Shown: positions 1-11,343, counted from the stretch's first letter. The stretch: DNA of 64,000 bases from a bacterium (GCA_965213625.1 CBDBZU010000004.1:1312001-1376000), one strand, 5' to 3'. The notes: generated by a model from the letters alone, not told the origin. Program-made: numbers and translations.

Positions 1-1197
1 CTGGGCGGTGTCGAACCAGCGGACGTCATCGAGCTCGTAAAATCCTCGGGCCTGCGCGGGCGCGGCGGCGCGGGATTCCCATGCGGCCTCAAGTGGAGCT
101 TCGTGCCCCAGGTAGACGGACCGAAATACCTGGCCGTCAACGCGGACGAGGGAGAGCCCGGCACGTTCAAGGATCGCGAACTCATGCTGCGCGACCCGCA
201 CCAGCTTATCGAGGGCATCCTCATCGCGTGTTACGCCGTGGGCATCGAAAAGGCCTACATCTACATTCGTGGCGAGTTCGTCGCGCCCTGGCGCGCGGTC
301 GAGAAAGCCCTGGCCGAGGCATACGAGAAGGGATACGTCGGCCAGAACATCATGGGCAGCGGTTTTTCGTGCGATATCTACACCCACCGCGGCGCGGGCG
401 CCTACATCTGCGGCGAGGAGACGGGTCTTCTGGAGTCGCTCGAGGGCAAGCGCGGACACCCGCGCTTAAAGCCGCCGTTTCCGGCGGTGATCGGTCTTTA
501 TGCGCGGCCCACGGTCATCAACAACGTGGAGACGCTCGCGAATCTCCCCCACATCGTGAACAAGGGGGCGGAGTGGTTCGCTGGCATCGGAATCGACGAG
601 AAGAACTCGGGCACCCGCATGTACTGCGTCTCGGGCCACGTGGCGAAGCCGGGCCTGTATGAGTTGCCGCTCGGCCTGACGTGCGAGGAGATGATTCACG
701 ATCACTGCGGCGGCATGCGGAACGGGGCTGCTCTTAAAGCGGTGATACCCGGCGGCGCGAGCGCGCCCGTCCTCACGGCGAAGGAAGTATACGAAGACAA
801 GGTGACGATGGATTTCGATTCCCTCGCGAAGGCCGGCAGCATGGGCGGAAGCGGCGGGGTGATCGTCATGGACGAGACCACGTGCATGGTGCAGGCCGCG
901 GGCAGGCTCGCCGCCTTTTTCGAGCACGAATCGTGCGGACAGTGCTCGGTCTGCCGGGAGGGAACCGGCTGGGTGTCCGAGATTCTGGCGCGCATGGAGC
1001 GGGGCGAAGGCGTGCCCGACGATCTGGATACGCTCGCGTCGATAGACCCCAACATGCGGGGCAACACCATCTGCGTGTTGTCTGATGCATGCGCCATGAT
1101 GTTCGGCGCGTTCCTGACGAAATTTCACGATGAATTCGAAGCGCACATCTCTCTGGGCCGCTGTCCGCTGGACAGTCCGTATCCCGCCGCGATGTGA
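1..1197 (+). CDS. nuoF: NADH-quinone oxidoreductase subunit F (5'-truncated by window edge)
   Basis: Frame 1 is open from base 1: SGLRGRGGAGFP, NADEGEPGTFKDR, GAGAYICGEETGLLESLEG, N3 cluster ESCGQCSVCREG...TIC. Confidence 0.97.
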   Translation: MGGVEPADVIELVKSSGLRGRGGAGFPCGLKWSFVPQVDGPKYLAVNADEGEPGTFKDRELMLRDPHQLIEGILIACYAVGIEKAYIYIRGEFVAPWRAVEKALAEAYEKGYVGQNIMGSGFSCDIYTHRGAGAYICGEETGLLESLEGKRGHPRLKPPFPAVIGLYARPTVINNVETLANLPHIVNKGAEWFAGIGIDEKNSGTRMYCVSGHVAKPGLYELPLGLTCEEMIHDHCGGMRNGAALKAVIPGGASAPVLTAKEVYEDKVTMDFDSLAKAGSMGGSGGVIVMDETTCMVQAAGRLAAFFEHESCGQCSVCREGTGWVSEILARMERGEGVPDDLDTLASIDPNMRGNTICVLSDACAMMFGAFLTKFHDEFEAHISLGRCPLDSPYPAAM

Positions 1198-1214
1198 TGG
1201 GGGAGAGGCGATAG

Positions 1215-3812
1215 ATGTCGAATGAGCAGGTAACATTCGTATTCAACGATCAGAGCGTCACGATGGACAAGGGCCTGCCCGTCCTGGAGGCCGCGCTCCG
1301 CATCGGCGCGCACGTTCCGCATTTTTGCTACCACAAGAACCTCTCCATCGTCGGCCAGTGCCGGGCCTGTCTCGTGGAAGTGCTCGACGCCGGAAACGGC
1401 AGGCCGATACCCAAGCTCCAGCCTTCCTGCGCCACGCCTGCGGCCGAGGGCATGGTGATCAGTTCCGTGACCCCGCGCGTCATCGAGGCGCAGGAAGGGG
1501 TTTTCGAATTTCTGCTCAAGAACCACCCGCTCGATTGCCCGGTGTGCGATCAGGGCGGCGAGTGCCCTCTGCAGGATCAGACGATGGCCTACGGCAAGGC
1601 TATCAGCAGGACGCACGAGTTCAGGCGCATTTATCCGCAAAAGGAGATCAGCGCCTTCATCAAGCCCGAAATGAACCGCTGCGTGCACTGCACCCGGTGC
1701 ATCCGCTTCACCGAAGAGATAGACGGCGGAGCGGAATTCGGCTGGGCGCAGCGCGGCGACCGCACCGAGGTGGGCGTCTACGAGGATCTGCCCATGACGA
1801 GCGTCGTCTCGGGCAACGTCATCGACATCTGCCCCGTCGGCGCGCTCACGGACAACAAATACCGCTTCACCGCGCGCGTGTGGGAGATGCAGGAAACCCA
1901 GGGCCCCTGCACCCTTTGCAGCGTGGGCTGTCGCCAGGGCGTCTGGACGAAGGACGGCGAGATCAAGCGCGTCACGGCGGCCGAGAACGAAAGAGTCAAC
2001 GACACCTGGATTTGCGACGTCGCGCGCTATGGCTGGAGCGGTGCGCACGGCGAGGGGCGCATCACCCAGCCGATGATCCGAAAAGACGGCGAACTGACGC
2101 CCGTCGGCTGGGCGGAGGCAATCGGCGAGGCGGCGAGGGGCTTGAGCGCGCTCATGGAGGGAGCGGGCGGCGGCGCAATCGCCGGCCTGGGCGGGGCCTC
2201 TTCCACGAACGAGACGGCGTATCAGTTCGGCGCCTTCATGCGCGCGGTTCTGGGAACCAACCACCTGGACAGCCGGATTCATCCGCGCGACATCGTGCAG
2301 TCGGACTTGCAAAGCGCCGCCTTTGGCGGCGTGGGCGGCGCGGGCTCCATCGAGGAGTTGGGGCGCTCGAAGGCCATCATCATCGTGGGCAGCGACCCGT
2401 TCACGCAGCATCCCATACTCGCGCTTCAGATCAGAAAAGCGCACCGGGCGGGCGCCGTCATCATCAACGTGAACCAAAGGCGCATCGACTTGCGCGTTCA
2501 GGGCAGGGTGCATCATCTGGTGCCGGTGCTGGGGGGCATTTCGCGGACGCTGCGCGCGCTGGCGACATACCTCGTGGACGGCGGCGCGAAGCCGGAAGGC
2601 GAAAAAGCGGAGGAATACGCCGCGCTCATCGGTTCCGTGGACCTGAGCCGCTTGTGCGAAGAGGCGGACGTGTCGCCCGATGACCTCATGGCCGCCGCCC
2701 GGGCGATTCTGGTGGCCGATGGCGGCGTGAGCATACTCTCAGGGCCCGGAGAGACCGGGAAAGTCGCCGTTTCCGAGGCGATCAATCTGGGGCTGTTGCT
2801 CCGCGCCAACATGCTCTTCGCCACCGTCGCGCCGAACTTACAGGGCGCAATCGATATGGGACTGCGCCCCGAAGCCCTGCCCGGCGGCGATTTGTCGGAT
2901 GAAGCGGCGCGCGCCGCCTGCGAGGAAGCATGGGGGAGGCCGCCCGGCGACCAACCCGGCAAGAACGCGAACGGCATACTGGATGGCCTCATGAGCGGTG
3001 ATCTGAAGGGACTCTACATCCTGGGCTGCGACCCGGTAGGCGAGCATCCCGACGGCGCGCGGGCGAGAGAGGCGCTGGAAAAGGCCGATTTCGTCGTCGC
3101 GCAGACATCCCACTTGAACGCCAGCACGGAATACGCGGACGTCGTGATCCCCGCGCCCACATTGTATGAGGAGACGGGCAGCGTCACGAACATGGAGCGC
3201 AGGGCGCAGTCTCTCCCGCGCGCGCTCAAGCCGATGATCGACAAGATGGTCCCCGAAGCGTGGCGGGCCTTCGCCGATATCGCCAAGGCGATGGAGCGGC
3301 CGTTGCGGGCGAATGCGCTGGACAAGATACGGATTCAGGCGCGCTCGCTCATCGGCGATTACGCGGACGCCTTCGGCCGGGTACCCGATGAGGGACTGCA
3401 TTTAAGACGAGAGGGGCAGCGCGCCTATCAGCTAGCGCAGATTCCCGAGAAAGAGGCGCAGGAGCCGGGCTTGAGGATGCTGATGACGCCCGTCTTGTGG
3501 CTCTCGGGCGCTTATGCGGCCTCGGCTTATCATCTCGCCGACATGCCGGAAGCCTCTCTCGTCCTCTCGCCGAGCGATGCCGAGAACCTGGGTGTTGCGG
3601 ACGGCGAACTCGTGGAATTCGAAGTGGGCGGAGAGGTCGTTCAGCTTCCCGCGCACGTCGACAAGAACGCGCCGGTGGGCGTCGCATTCGCGCCGGAGGG
3701 TTATCTGCGCGCGCATGGGGGCTCGGCCCTCAACGCCGTCGGCGCGACTGGCCGCCAGGGGGTGGAGATTCGGGTGCGCAAGGCGGAGAAACCCCAAGAG
3801 GTGGGCGCATAG
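1215..3812 (+). CDS. nuoG: NADH-quinone oxidoreductase subunit G
   Basis: PHFCYH..CRAC, HPLDCPVCDQGGEC, RCVHCTRC..DICPVGAL, plus N7-type CTLCSVGC...WICD motif; 865 aa. Confidence 0.96.
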   Translation: MSNEQVTFVFNDQSVTMDKGLPVLEAALRIGAHVPHFCYHKNLSIVGQCRACLVEVLDAGNGRPIPKLQPSCATPAAEGMVISSVTPRVIEAQEGVFEFLLKNHPLDCPVCDQGGECPLQDQTMAYGKAISRTHEFRRIYPQKEISAFIKPEMNRCVHCTRCIRFTEEIDGGAEFGWAQRGDRTEVGVYEDLPMTSVVSGNVIDICPVGALTDNKYRFTARVWEMQETQGPCTLCSVGCRQGVWTKDGEIKRVTAAENERVNDTWICDVARYGWSGAHGEGRITQPMIRKDGELTPVGWAEAIGEAARGLSALMEGAGGGAIAGLGGASSTNETAYQFGAFMRAVLGTNHLDSRIHPRDIVQSDLQSAAFGGVGGAGSIEELGRSKAIIIVGSDPFTQHPILALQIRKAHRAGAVIINVNQRRIDLRVQGRVHHLVPVLGGISRTLRALATYLVDGGAKPEGEKAEEYAALIGSVDLSRLCEEADVSPDDLMAAARAILVADGGVSILSGPGETGKVAVSEAINLGLLLRANMLFATVAPNLQGAIDMGLRPEALPGGDLSDEAARAACEEAWGRPPGDQPGKNANGILDGLMSGDLKGLYILGCDPVGEHPDGARAREALEKADFVVAQTSHLNASTEYADVVIPAPTLYEETGSVTNMERRAQSLPRALKPMIDKMVPEAWRAFADIAKAMERPLRANALDKIRIQARSLIGDYADAFGRVPDEGLHLRREGQRAYQLAQIPEKEAQEPGLRMLMTPVLWLSGAYAASAYHLADMPEASLVLSPSDAENLGVADGELVEFEVGGEVVQLPAHVDKNAPVGVAFAPEGYLRAHGGSALNAVGATGRQGVEIRVRKAEKPQEVGA

Positions 3813-4793
3813 ATGATTTGGCTGCTCATCATTCTCGGAAAAGTGCTCGTGGGCTTCGGCGGACTTTTGCTGCTCGCCGCCTACATGACCTGGATGGAGC
3901 GGCGCGTGTTCGCGCTCATACAGGTGCGCGTGGGACCCAACCGCGTGGGGCCGTCGGGGCTACTGCAGCCCATCGCCGACGGGATCAAGCTCATGTTCAA
4001 GGAAACCATTATTCCTTCTCAGGCGGACAAGGTGATTTACGTTCTGGCGCCGGCCATTACGCTTATTCCGGCGCTGGTTGCCTTCGCCGTGGTGCCCTTC
4101 GGCGATTCCGTAACCGTGCTCGGCCAGAAGGTGGACCTGGTGGTGGCCGACGTGAACGTCGGCATCCTGTACATCTTCGCCATGGCGGGCATCGGCGTGT
4201 ACGGCATCGTGCTCGGCTCATGGGCGTCGAACAGCAAGTATCCGCTCATCGGCGGGCTTCGCTCCGCCGCTCAATTGATCAGCTACGAACTCTCGCTCGG
4301 CATGTCGCTTCTGGGCGTGGTGATGATCTCGGGCACCCTGAGCTTAAAGGGAATCGTCGAGGCTCAGGCCGGGATGCCCTACATCGTCCTGCAGCCCCTG
4401 GGCTTTCTGCTCTTCGTCATCTGTATGCTGGCGGAGACGAACCGGGCACCGTTCGATTTGCCCGAGGCCGAAAGCGAGCTCACCGGCGGTTTTCATACCG
4501 AATACAGCAGCATGCACTTTGCGGTTTATTCCATCGCCGAGTACTGCAGCATGATTACGCTCTCGGCGGTGGGGGCGACGTTTTTCCTCGGCGGATGGCG
4601 CGGACCGCTGCTGCCGCCCGTCTTGTGGTTCCTGATCAAGGTGCTGGCGTTCATGTTCTTCTTCATGTGGCTGCGCGCCTCCACGCCGCGCCTGCGCTAT
4701 GACCAACTGATGGGTCTCGGGTGGAAGGTGCTTCTGCCGCTGTCCATCCTGAACGTGATACTCACGGCCGCCGCCGTCGTTTTCCTGGGCTAG
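3813..4793 (+). CDS. nuoH: NADH-quinone oxidoreductase subunit H (copy 1)
   Basis: [45 protein letters not shown]. Confidence 0.97.
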   Translation: MIWLLIILGKVLVGFGGLLLLAAYMTWMERRVFALIQVRVGPNRVGPSGLLQPIADGIKLMFKETIIPSQADKVIYVLAPAITLIPALVAFAVVPFGDSVTVLGQKVDLVVADVNVGILYIFAMAGIGVYGIVLGSWASNSKYPLIGGLRSAAQLISYELSLGMSLLGVVMISGTLSLKGIVEAQAGMPYIVLQPLGFLLFVICMLAETNRAPFDLPEAESELTGGFHTEYSSMHFAVYSIAEYCSMITLSAVGATFFLGGWRGPLLPPVLWFLIKVLAFMFFFMWLRASTPRLRYDQLMGLGWKVLLPLSILNVILTAAAVVFLG

Positions 4794-4819
4794 CGGGCCG
4801 CTCTAAGGGGGGAGGATTC

Positions 4820-5299
4820 ATGTTAGGCGAGATTTGCAAGGGTTTGTGGCTGACGATCAAGCATTCCTTCAAAAACCGCGTGACCGTGCAGTACCCCGAC
4901 GTCAAAGAGGAAATGCCCGTGGGCTACCGCGGCCTCCACAAGCTGCTGCGCTGGGAGGACGGCCTGGAGCGCTGCGTGGGGTGCAAGCTCTGCTCGGCGG
5001 CGTGTCCCGTGGATTGCATATATGTGGAATCGGAGGAGAACGACCCCGAGGCGCCGACTTCGAAGGGCGAGCGCTACGCCAGTATTTACGAGATCAACGA
5101 GCTTCGCTGCATCTTTTGCGGGTACTGCGAGGAAGCCTGCCCGGTCGGCGCGGTCGTGCTGGGCAACGAATATGAATTCTGCCAGGACGATCGCGGCAAG
5201 TTCCTCTACGAGAAGGGCGATTTGATCGTGGAGCGGACCGAGGATTATCCGGAGCTTCATGCCCGCTATGACGAGAAGAACCTGCTCACGTATGTCTAG
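4820..5299 (+). CDS. nuoI: NADH-quinone oxidoreductase subunit I
   Basis: Two CxxCxxCxxxCP motifs (CVGCKLCSAACP, CIFCGYCEEACP); GGAGG RBS before ATG at 4820. Confidence 0.96.
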   Translation: MLGEICKGLWLTIKHSFKNRVTVQYPDVKEEMPVGYRGLHKLLRWEDGLERCVGCKLCSAACPVDCIYVESEENDPEAPTSKGERYASIYEINELRCIFCGYCEEACPVGAVVLGNEYEFCQDDRGKFLYEKGDLIVERTEDYPELHARYDEKNLLTYV

Positions 5300-5344
5300 G
5301 ATTCGATTTGAAGCGGGCGCCCGCCCGCTGGAGGAAGGGCGGTA

Positions 5345-5863
5345 GTGGCCAGTTCCCTGTTTTTTTATTTCCTGGCGGTGGTGACGACGGTGGGCGCGAT
5401 AGCCGTCGTCGCGTTTCCCAGCCCGCTCTACAGCGTACTCGCCCTGATCCTGACCTTCCTCGGCCTTGCCGGGCTGTATCTCTCTCTACACGCGCAGTTC
5501 GTCGCCATCGTTCAGGTGATCATCTACGCCAGCGCGATCATGATGCTCTTCCTGTTCGTGGTGATGCTGATCAACTTAGGACGCGAGGAGAAAAGGGAGC
5601 TGCGCCTGCCCGGCCAGAAGATGCTGGGCGCCATCGCGGGACTCGCCGTATTCAGCGTACTGCTCAAAATATTCCTCTCCACCTCCCTTATGACGGGCAA
5701 GAAGGGGAGCTTTCCGGTCGAGCGGGTGGATGAGCTGGGCAACACGCAGGTTATCGGAAACCTTTTGTTGACGGATTACGTCCTGCCGTTTCAGGCGATG
5801 GGCGTCTTGTTGTTCGTGGGCATCGTCGGCGCCGTGGTTCTGGCGCGCAGGCGAAGCCGCTAG
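5345..5863 (+). CDS. nuoJ: NADH-quinone oxidoreductase subunit J (copy 1)
   Basis: Hydrophobic, AIVQVIIYASAIMMLFLFVVML motif, position in operon. Confidence 0.93.
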   Translation: MASSLFFYFLAVVTTVGAIAVVAFPSPLYSVLALILTFLGLAGLYLSLHAQFVAIVQVIIYASAIMMLFLFVVMLINLGREEKRELRLPGQKMLGAIAGLAVFSVLLKIFLSTSLMTGKKGSFPVERVDELGNTQVIGNLLLTDYVLPFQAMGVLLFVGIVGAVVLARRRSR

Positions 5864-5875
5864 GAGGGGTGGGAC

Positions 5876-6178
5876 GTGGCGCCACTCGAGCATTACCTGA
5901 TTCTGAGCGCGGTTCTCTTCTCCCTGGGGGTGGTGGGCGTCGTGGTGCGCAGAAACGCTATCGTCGTCATCTTGTGCATCGAGTTGATGATGAACGGGGC
6001 GAATCTGGCGTTCGTGGCCTATGGCCGCTTCCTGGATTCGATGGCGGGCCAGATGATCGTGTTTTTCGTGATGGCGGTGGCCGCGGCGGAGGCCGCCATC
6101 GGGCTGGCCATCGTGGTGCTGATCTACCGCAACCGCGAATCCACCGACCTGGACGAGATCAATCTACTGAAACTATAA
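5876..6178 (+). CDS. nuoK: NADH-quinone oxidoreductase subunit K (copy 1)
   Basis: 100 aa, [28 protein letters not shown]. Confidence 0.96.
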   Translation: MAPLEHYLILSAVLFSLGVVGVVVRRNAIVVILCIELMMNGANLAFVAYGRFLDSMAGQMIVFFVMAVAAAEAAIGLAIVVLIYRNRESTDLDEINLLKL

Positions 6179-6190
6179 GAGCAAGGAATT

Positions 6191-8095
6191 ATGGATAGTC
6201 TGACCCTCATATTGGCGTTCCCCCTCATCGGCGTGCTGGTGAACCTGCTCTTCGGCTGGAAGCGCGGGGAGAAATTCGCCGGCTGGACCGCGACGCTGGT
6301 GATGGCGCTCGCGTTCGTGGCGTCTCTCGTGAGTTGGCTCCGCCTTCTGGGGATGCCCGAGAAGGGGCGGCTGATTCGCGTCGTCCTGTTCGAGTGGATT
6401 CCCGTGGGCGCTTTCGAGGTCAAGGCGAGCTTCTCGATGGATCCGCTCTCCGCCGTGATGGCGCTGGTCGTCACCGGCGTGGGGACGCTGATCCACATCT
6501 ACTCGATGGGCTACATGCACGGCGATCGCGGCGTGGTGCGCTATTTCATCTACCTGAACCTCTTCTCACTCTCCATGCTCACGCTCGTTCTGGGCGACAA
6601 CTTCGTGGTGATGTTCGTGGGCTGGGAGGCGGTGGGTCTTTGCAGCTACCTGCTCATCGGCTTCTGGTACGAGCGAAAGGCGGCGGCCGAGGCCGGCAAG
6701 AAAGCCTTCATCGTGAACCGGGTGGGTGATTTCTGTTTCCTGATTGCGCTTTTCTACATCTACAGCATAGTCGGCTCGCTGGATTACGCGACGGTGTTCG
6801 CAAAGGCTCCGGAGTTGCTCGCCCCCGAGAGCGCTGCTGCGACGATTATCTGCCTGCTGCTCTTCGCGGGCGCGACGGGCAAGAGCGCGCAGATTCCGCT
6901 TTACGTCTGGCTGCCCGACGCCATGGAAGGCCCCACCCCGGTAAGCGCCCTGATACACGCGGCGACGATGGTGACGGCGGGCGTCTACATGGTGGCGAGG
7001 GCGCACGTACTCTTCGAACTCTCCGCCACGGCGATGCTGGTGGTGGCCATTATCGGAGCGCTCACGCTGTTGATGGCGGCGTCCATCGCCCTGGTTCAGA
7101 CAGACATCAAGAAGGTGCTCGCCTACAGCACGGTGAGCCAACTGGGCTATATGTTCCTGGCATGCGGCGTGGGCGCGTTCTCCGCGGCGATCTTCCACCT
7201 GATGACCCATGCGTTCTTCAAGGCGCTCCTGTTCCTGGGCGCGGGAAGCGTGATTCACGCGCTTGACGGCGAGCAGGACATCCGCAGGATGGGCGGACTC
7301 CACGCGGCCCTGCCGCGTACGAGCAACACCTTCCTGATCGGCGCGCTGGCCATCGCAGGCGTATTCCCCTTCGCCGGCTTTTTCAGCAAGGACGCGATTC
7401 TCTACTCGGCCATGACGGCCGAGCGCGGTGGGGTGCTCCTGTGGCTCGCCGGCGCGGCGGGCGCTCTGATGACGGCGTTTTATATGTTCAGGCTATTGTT
7501 CCGCGTATTCTTCGGCACCTGCAGCCTGAGCCTGGCGGAGCAGCAGAAAGTCCATGAATCCCCCACGAACATGACGCTTCCGCTTCAGGCGCTGGCGGCG
7601 CTCTCCATCGTCGGCGGCTGGGTGGGGATTCCCATTATCACGGGGGCGAACGTTTTCGGCGATTTCCTGGCGCCTGCTTTCGGCGGTCACGTAGAGGCGC
7701 ACCATGAGGTGGTGTTTGAGATACTGATGATGTTGTTCTCGCTCGCCATCGCCTTTTTCGGCATTTACGCGGCCTACAATCTTTACGTCAAGAAAAACGA
7801 CGGCGGCAGCGCCTATGCGGAACTCTGGCCGGGCATCCACCGCCTTTTGGTGAACAAGTATTACGTGGACGAGATTTACGACGCCTGCATCATACAACCG
7901 GTGAAGCGGGCGTCGATCTGGTGCTGGAAAGCGTTCGAGGACGGTTTGGTGGACGCGGCCGTGAGCGGGGCGGGCATTTTCGTCAGGTCCCTGGGGGGCG
8001 TCCTGAGGCGTCTCCAGACGGGCTACGTGAAGAGCTACGCCGTTTCGATGCTGGTCGGCGCGCTGGTGATTCTGCTGTATCTCACGGCGCGTTGA
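6191..8095 (+). CDS. nuoL: NADH-quinone oxidoreductase subunit L (copy 1)
   Basis: GKSAQIPLYVWLPDAMEGPTPVSALIHAATMV, FHLMTHAFFKALLFL. Confidence 0.97.
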   Translation: MDSLTLILAFPLIGVLVNLLFGWKRGEKFAGWTATLVMALAFVASLVSWLRLLGMPEKGRLIRVVLFEWIPVGAFEVKASFSMDPLSAVMALVVTGVGTLIHIYSMGYMHGDRGVVRYFIYLNLFSLSMLTLVLGDNFVVMFVGWEAVGLCSYLLIGFWYERKAAAEAGKKAFIVNRVGDFCFLIALFYIYSIVGSLDYATVFAKAPELLAPESAAATIICLLLFAGATGKSAQIPLYVWLPDAMEGPTPVSALIHAATMVTAGVYMVARAHVLFELSATAMLVVAIIGALTLLMAASIALVQTDIKKVLAYSTVSQLGYMFLACGVGAFSAAIFHLMTHAFFKALLFLGAGSVIHALDGEQDIRRMGGLHAALPRTSNTFLIGALAIAGVFPFAGFFSKDAILYSAMTAERGGVLLWLAGAAGALMTAFYMFRLLFRVFFGTCSLSLAEQQKVHESPTNMTLPLQALAALSIVGGWVGIPIITGANVFGDFLAPAFGGHVEAHHEVVFEILMMLFSLAIAFFGIYAAYNLYVKKNDGGSAYAELWPGIHRLLVNKYYVDEIYDACIIQPVKRASIWCWKAFEDGLVDAAVSGAGIFVRSLGGVLRRLQTGYVKSYAVSMLVGALVILLYLTAR

Positions 8096-8131
8096 TGATT
8101 CTTTTGATTCTTTGAGGAGCGTGAGGGGCGA

Positions 8132-9688
8132 GTGCCTGGAATAATCACCTCGATACTGTTTTTGCCCATGCTCGGGGGCCTGCTGCTCCTGTTCGCGCGC
8201 GAGGGCGCGCGGAAGGGAAGCGGAGGCGTCCGCGCGTTCGCGCTGGCGGTATCCCTGGTCACGTTCGCCCTCTCGGTGGTGATGTACGTGGGCTTCCGGC
8301 CCGATTACGCGGGCATGCAGTTCATCGAGGAAGCGGCGTGGATACCGAGGTTCGGGATTGCATACAAAGTGGGCGTGGACGGCATCAGCCTGCTGCTCGT
8401 GATGCTGACCACCATCCTGACGCCCGTCGCGATACTCTTCTCCTTCGAGGACGTGCGGAAAAAGACGCGGCTCTACTACATGTCCCTGCTGTTCCTGGAG
8501 ACGGGGATGCTCGGCGTGTTCTTCGCGCTCGATTTCTTCCTGTTCTATGTCTTCTGGGAAGGAATGCTGATTCCGATGTACCTCATCATCGGGGTCTGGG
8601 GCGGAGACCGCCGGATATACGCGGCCGTGAAGTTCTTCCTCTACACCATGGCCGGAAGCGTGCTGATGCTCGTGGCGATCATCTGGCTGTACTTCGCGAG
8701 CGGGGTCGGCACGTTCGACATCCTGGCGCATTTCAGAGAACCCGTGGACGCCGCCCTCCAGCCGTGGCTGTTCGCCGCGTTCGCCATCTCCTTCGCCATC
8801 AAGGTGCCGATTTTTCCGTTTCACACCTGGCTGCCCGACGCCCACGTGGAAGCGCCCACGGCGGGAAGCGTCATCCTCGCCGGCGTTCTCCTGAAGATGG
8901 GCACGTACGGCTTCATGAGGCTGGCGATGCCGCTGTTCCCGACGGCGGCGCGCGAGTTCGCGTTTCTCATCATCTGCCTGGCGCTGGTGGGGATCATCTA
9001 CGGGGCGCTCATGGCCATGGTGCAGACCGACGTGAAAAAACTCGTGGCCTACTCCTCGGTGAGTCACCTGGGCTTCGTGATGCTGGGGCTTTTCTCCTTC
9101 AACCTGCTGGGCGCTTCGGGAAGCGTTATCCAGATGGTGAACCACGGCATCAGCAGCGGAGCGCTCTTCCTGATAGTGGGCTTCATCTACTCGAGGCGGC
9201 ACACGCGGCAAATCGAGGAATTCGGCGGCCTCCTTCGGGTGATGCCCGTATTTTCGACGTTTTTCATCATCACGGCGCTGAGCAGCATCGGCCTCCCGGG
9301 GCTGAACGGGTTCGTGGGCGAGTTCACGATTCTGCTGGGCGCGTTCGAGCGCAACGCCTGGTTCGCCGTAATCGCGGCCACCGGCGTGGTTCTCTCGGCG
9401 GTCTACATGCTCTGGATGCTGCAGCGCGTGCTGTTCGGCGAGGTGAACGTGCGGGCGAACCAGGGGCTGGCCGACATGAACAGGCGCGAGTGGCTCGTCA
9501 TGCTGCCCATGGTGGCGCTGATGTTCTGGATAGGGCTGTACCCCAAGCCGTTGTTCAACCGCATCGAGCCGTCGGCCCAGGCCTGGCTCTCGCAGGTGAA
9601 CCGCCGGGTGCTGCGCGTGGAGAAGGCGCCCGAGCGGAAACTGCAAAAGAGCGCGCTCGCTCATGCGCATAGAGTCGAGGTGAAATAG
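8132..9688 (+). CDS. nuoM: NADH-quinone oxidoreductase subunit M (copy 1)
   Basis: FAIKVPIFPFHTWLPDAHVEAPTAGSVILAGVLLKMGTYG. Confidence 0.97.
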   Translation: MPGIITSILFLPMLGGLLLLFAREGARKGSGGVRAFALAVSLVTFALSVVMYVGFRPDYAGMQFIEEAAWIPRFGIAYKVGVDGISLLLVMLTTILTPVAILFSFEDVRKKTRLYYMSLLFLETGMLGVFFALDFFLFYVFWEGMLIPMYLIIGVWGGDRRIYAAVKFFLYTMAGSVLMLVAIIWLYFASGVGTFDILAHFREPVDAALQPWLFAAFAISFAIKVPIFPFHTWLPDAHVEAPTAGSVILAGVLLKMGTYGFMRLAMPLFPTAAREFAFLIICLALVGIIYGALMAMVQTDVKKLVAYSSVSHLGFVMLGLFSFNLLGASGSVIQMVNHGISSGALFLIVGFIYSRRHTRQIEEFGGLLRVMPVFSTFFIITALSSIGLPGLNGFVGEFTILLGAFERNAWFAVIAATGVVLSAVYMLWMLQRVLFGEVNVRANQGLADMNRREWLVMLPMVALMFWIGLYPKPLFNRIEPSAQAWLSQVNRRVLRVEKAPERKLQKSALAHAHRVEVK

Positions 9689-9690
9689 CT

Positions 9691-11175
9691 TTGGAAATCG
9701 TTCATCCCACAATCCATTGGGGGTACCTGCTCCCGGTGATCCTGCCGGTGTTCGGGGCGGTGGTTGTGTTGATGTGGGACGCTTTTCTCGCGAAAGGGGA
9801 GCGCTCCGTCATCATCATCATTTCGCTGGTGACGCTGGCCGCCGCCCTGGGGGTGACGCTCGGCGCGCGCGCCCTGCCGGGTCTGGCCGCGTCGTTCGGC
9901 GGCATGTACCTCTTCGACGGGTTCACGCAGTTTCTCTACGTCGTCATCCTGTTCGCGAGCATTTTCTCGGTGCTCATCGCCGCGGCCCAGCGGGAGCTGG
10001 ACGATACGCCCGCGGGCGAGTATTTCGGCCTCATCCTCTTCGCCACCTCCGGCATGATGCTCATGGCGGCGACGCGGAACCTGCTGATGATATTCGTGGG
10101 CCTGGAAGTGTTCTCACTTTCGCTCTACGTCCTGGCGGGTTATCTGCGCGCGCGTCCCGAGGGGAACGAGGCGTCACTCAAATACTTCCTGCTCGGTTCG
10201 TTCGCCTCGGGCTTCCTGCTCTACGGCATGGCGCTCGTCTACGGCGCGACCGGCTCGGTCGACCTGATAGAGATAGCGACGCGGCTTCACGAGAATCCCG
10301 CCTCGCGCGGGGCGGTCTTCCTGATGGGCCTGGGCTTCATGGTGGTTGGGCTGGGCTTCAAGGTGGCCGCGGCGCCGTTTTACATGTGGACGCCCGACGT
10401 CTACGAGGGCGCGCCCACCGCGGTGACGGCTTTCATGTCCGTGGGGCCCAAGGCGGCGGCTTTCGCCGCGTTCTTCAGGGTATTTCTCTCCGCGGGCGAC
10501 GCCGGCGGGAGCTTCGATTCGGTATTGTGGGTGATGGCCGTGCTCACGATGAGCCTAGCGAACCTGGTCGCGATCTGGCAGACCTGCGTGAAGCGGATGC
10601 TCGCCTATTCCAGCATCGCCCATGCCGGGTATCTCATGGTCGCGCTCGTGGCCTCGCGCACGAGCGCGGAGCTTGCGACGAGCGGGTTCCTCTACTACAT
10701 GCTCGTCTACGTTTTCATGAACATGGGCGCTTTCTGCGTGCTCATTCTCATTTCGAACATGCGCGAGGACGGCGGCACGAAGCTCGACAATCTCGCAGGT
10801 CTGGCTTCTTTCCGGCCGGGTCTCGCGGCTGCGATGGCCGTGTTCATGGTGTCGCTCTCCGGCCTGCCGCCCACGGGAGGCTTCGTGGCGAAATTCCACG
10901 TGTTCAGCGCGGCGCTGAACGGCGGGTACGTCTGGCTGACCGTGATTGCGGTGCTCAACAGCGTGGTGGCCGTGTATTACTACCTGCGGATCGTCGTGGT
11001 GATGTATATGCGCGAGCCACAAGCACAAGGCGGAGTTGCGAGATCCGCTCCGCATCCAGGCTGGACCTACGCGGTCACGGCGCTCGTGCTCGCCGTCGCG
11101 AGCACCCTGCAACTGGGGATTTTCCCCTCCTCGGTGCTGGATTTCGCCCATCGCTCCACAGTCTTTTTTAATTGA
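9691..11175 (+). CDS. nuoN: NADH-quinone oxidoreductase subunit N (copy 1)
   Basis: EASLKYFLLG, FKVAAAPFYMWTPDVYEGAP, KRMLAYSSIAH. Confidence 0.96.
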   Translation: MEIVHPTIHWGYLLPVILPVFGAVVVLMWDAFLAKGERSVIIIISLVTLAAALGVTLGARALPGLAASFGGMYLFDGFTQFLYVVILFASIFSVLIAAAQRELDDTPAGEYFGLILFATSGMMLMAATRNLLMIFVGLEVFSLSLYVLAGYLRARPEGNEASLKYFLLGSFASGFLLYGMALVYGATGSVDLIEIATRLHENPASRGAVFLMGLGFMVVGLGFKVAAAPFYMWTPDVYEGAPTAVTAFMSVGPKAAAFAAFFRVFLSAGDAGGSFDSVLWVMAVLTMSLANLVAIWQTCVKRMLAYSSIAHAGYLMVALVASRTSAELATSGFLYYMLVYVFMNMGAFCVLILISNMREDGGTKLDNLAGLASFRPGLAAAMAVFMVSLSGLPPTGGFVAKFHVFSAALNGGYVWLTVIAVLNSVVAVYYYLRIVVVMYMREPQAQGGVARSAPHPGWTYAVTALVLAVASTLQLGIFPSSVLDFAHRSTVFFN

Positions 11176-11343
11176 CCTCAGGGGTTGGTTTTTCGGTAGT
11201 CGCCATGATATAAGTTTTGGCGGTTCGTTCGATTTCAGGCTTTTGTTCCAGGGGTTTTCGAGGGAAATGACCGCCTTGCGGCAACGATGAAGGCGGCGCA
11301 ATTTCATCGCCCTGGCGGTTTGCGAATTTTGTGGGGGCCACGC